This document shows positions 33,307 to 34,709 of a DNA stretch of 34,709 nt, piece by piece. A program made the position numbers and the translations under genes. Origin of the DNA: Scyliorhinus canicula (lineage: Eukaryota); contig NW_024055491.1 of the NCBI RefSeq assembly GCF_902713615.1, positions 248,001 through 282,709 on the forward strand. Direction: 5' to 3'. Under the pieces are notes generated by a model. It did not search any database and was not told the DNA's origin. It saw nothing but the letters and a program-made list of their open reading frames with translations. The first letter of the stretch is position 1. Every line of letters begins with the position of its first letter.

Positions 33307-33572
33307 TGTGGTGATCCTCGCCTGAGTCACCAGGGGGCAGCGCGGGGACACCCATAAAAGGAACGCCGAAGGCCCGCCTCCGCCACTTGGAACCGGAGGG
33401 GTTGGAGTGGCAAGAGGTGCCAGAAGCTGGAGGGTGCTAGTCTGTTTGGGGCCTAGTTGCAGAACATTGAAGAGCAGCCTTTTATCAAGTGTAATCTGTA
33501 ATTTATTGAGGGACACAATAAATCATCCTTAACCTAAAGACGACTTCGAGCATTCTTTCAAGAAGCATAACA
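33307..33572 (+). repeat. 3' LTR (no difference from the 5' LTR seen)
   Basis: Base-by-base reading gave the same 266 nt. Confidence 0.95.
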
Positions 33573-33960
33573 CATACTACCTCGGTATTCGAGTCCTCAT
33601 CAAATGTCCTCTCAGCCACCGTAATACTGTCCTTGACTAATAATGTCACCCCTCCCCCTCTCTTACCACCTTTCCTGAGCTTACTGAAATATCTAAACCC
33701 CAGCACCTGCAACAACCATTCCTCGCCCTGCTCTATCCATATCTCCAAAATGGCCACAACATCGAAGTCCCAGGTACTAACCCATGCCGCAAGCTCACCC
33801 ACCTTATTCCGGATGCTCCTGGCATTGAAGTAGACGCACTTTAGACCACCTTCCTTCCTGCCGATACACTCCTGCAACTTTGAAACCTTACTCATGACCT
33901 CACTACTCTCAGCTTCTTGTGTACTGGAGCTACAATTCAGGTTCCCAATCCCCTGCTGAA
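33573..33960 (-). mobile_element. 5' part of the CR1 ORF2 split by the Gypsy element
   Basis: LKCVYFNARSIRNK...GGGVTLLVK...NTEVV rejoins WADF... at 28585 across the TSD. Confidence 0.92.
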
Positions 33961-34397
33961 CTAGTTTAAACTAGTTGTCTAGTGTTGTCCTTTGTTTGTC
34001 TCGACAATAAAGACATTTGGGTAAAACCTTTGACTCATACACTGGTTGAAAGTGTCAGAGAAGACTTTACAGATACAATATCGTATTTTTAACTGGGATC
34101 CAGGTGCTTCTAGAATTTTGCCCATATTTTCGATTTTCACGGACATATGAGCAAGAGATTCATCCACTGACCTCTTCAGCTCGCCTGCCAAACTCTGATG
34201 GTGTTTCCTAATTCAGCCGCTCCAATGCGGCTGCTGTCGGCAGCGTGTTCAGCATTTGAGAAGGAGGACTCGCCCCCGCCATCTTGCAGCCCGCCAAGTC
34301 CTGTGATGCCTCGGAATCCCAGGAGTAAGTGCGGCCCGCATCTTTTCTATTCTTCTTTCTCGGCATATCTTGAAGTTTGTGAATTTATCTGTCGAGT

Positions 34398-34709
34398 ATC
34401 ATAGAATCTCCAGTGCAGAAGGAGGCCATTCAGCCCATCGAGTCAGCACTGGCTCTTGGAAAGAGCACGCTACCTTTTGTAAATCCATGCTGACTTTGTC
34501 CGATTACACCACTGCTTTCCAAATGCTGTGCTATGAAATCCTTGATAATGGACTCCAGCAACTTCCCTCCTACTGATGTCAGGCTCACTGGTCTATAGTT
34601 CCCTGTTTTCTCTCTACCTCCCTGTTTGAATAGCAGGGTTACATTCGCTACCCTCCAATCTGTAGGAACAATTCCAGAGTCTAAAGAATTTTGGAAAATG
34701 ACCACCATT
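34398..34709 (-). mobile_element. CR1 LINE fragment at the window edge
   Basis: [32 protein letters not shown]. Confidence 0.85.

Larger units (their letters stand above)
28591..33572 (+). mobile_element. Full-length Ty3/Gypsy LTR retrotransposon (Mag-like by inference), 5-bp TSD CATAC
   Basis: TG...CA LTRs of 266 bp; CATAC at 28586-28590 and 33573-33577; PBS, PPT and gag-pro-RT-RH-IN order. Confidence 0.97.

Noticed and set aside
33979-34400. Possible L1 5' UTR/ORF1 start (CAAGATGGCGG motif; AGELKRSVDESLAHMSVKIENMGK)
   Set aside because: Too short and degenerate to assign without a search.

Overview
Cartilaginous-fish genomic DNA (repeat content suggests a catshark, which is inference) from an immune-receptor region. 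On the minus strand is a complete germline NAR-TCR cassette: leader exon 21546-21501, IgNAR-like V 21353-21063 with a 22-bp-spacer RSS, one D flanked by 12/12 RSSs, a J with a 23-RSS, and a leaderless supporting TCR-delta V exon 16732-16427 that splices in frame to the J. Three features of the supporting V-delta are unusual. It has no cysteines at all. It is followed by a tandem array of 12 intact 23-RSSs instead of one. The V and the array together sit between ~1.2-kb inverted duplications of its own upstream intron. Also present are plus-strand IgH membrane exons (TM1/TM2, 4583-4840), a two-exon GPR139/142-like class A GPCR (13033-10248), and a very young full-length Gypsy LTR retrotransposon (28591-33572; LTRs identical by eye; one TAG before integrase) nested in a CR1 LINE. 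The rest is CR1, Rex1/Babar-like and L1-like fragments, SINEs and a 66-bp minisatellite. All alignments and counts were done by eye.
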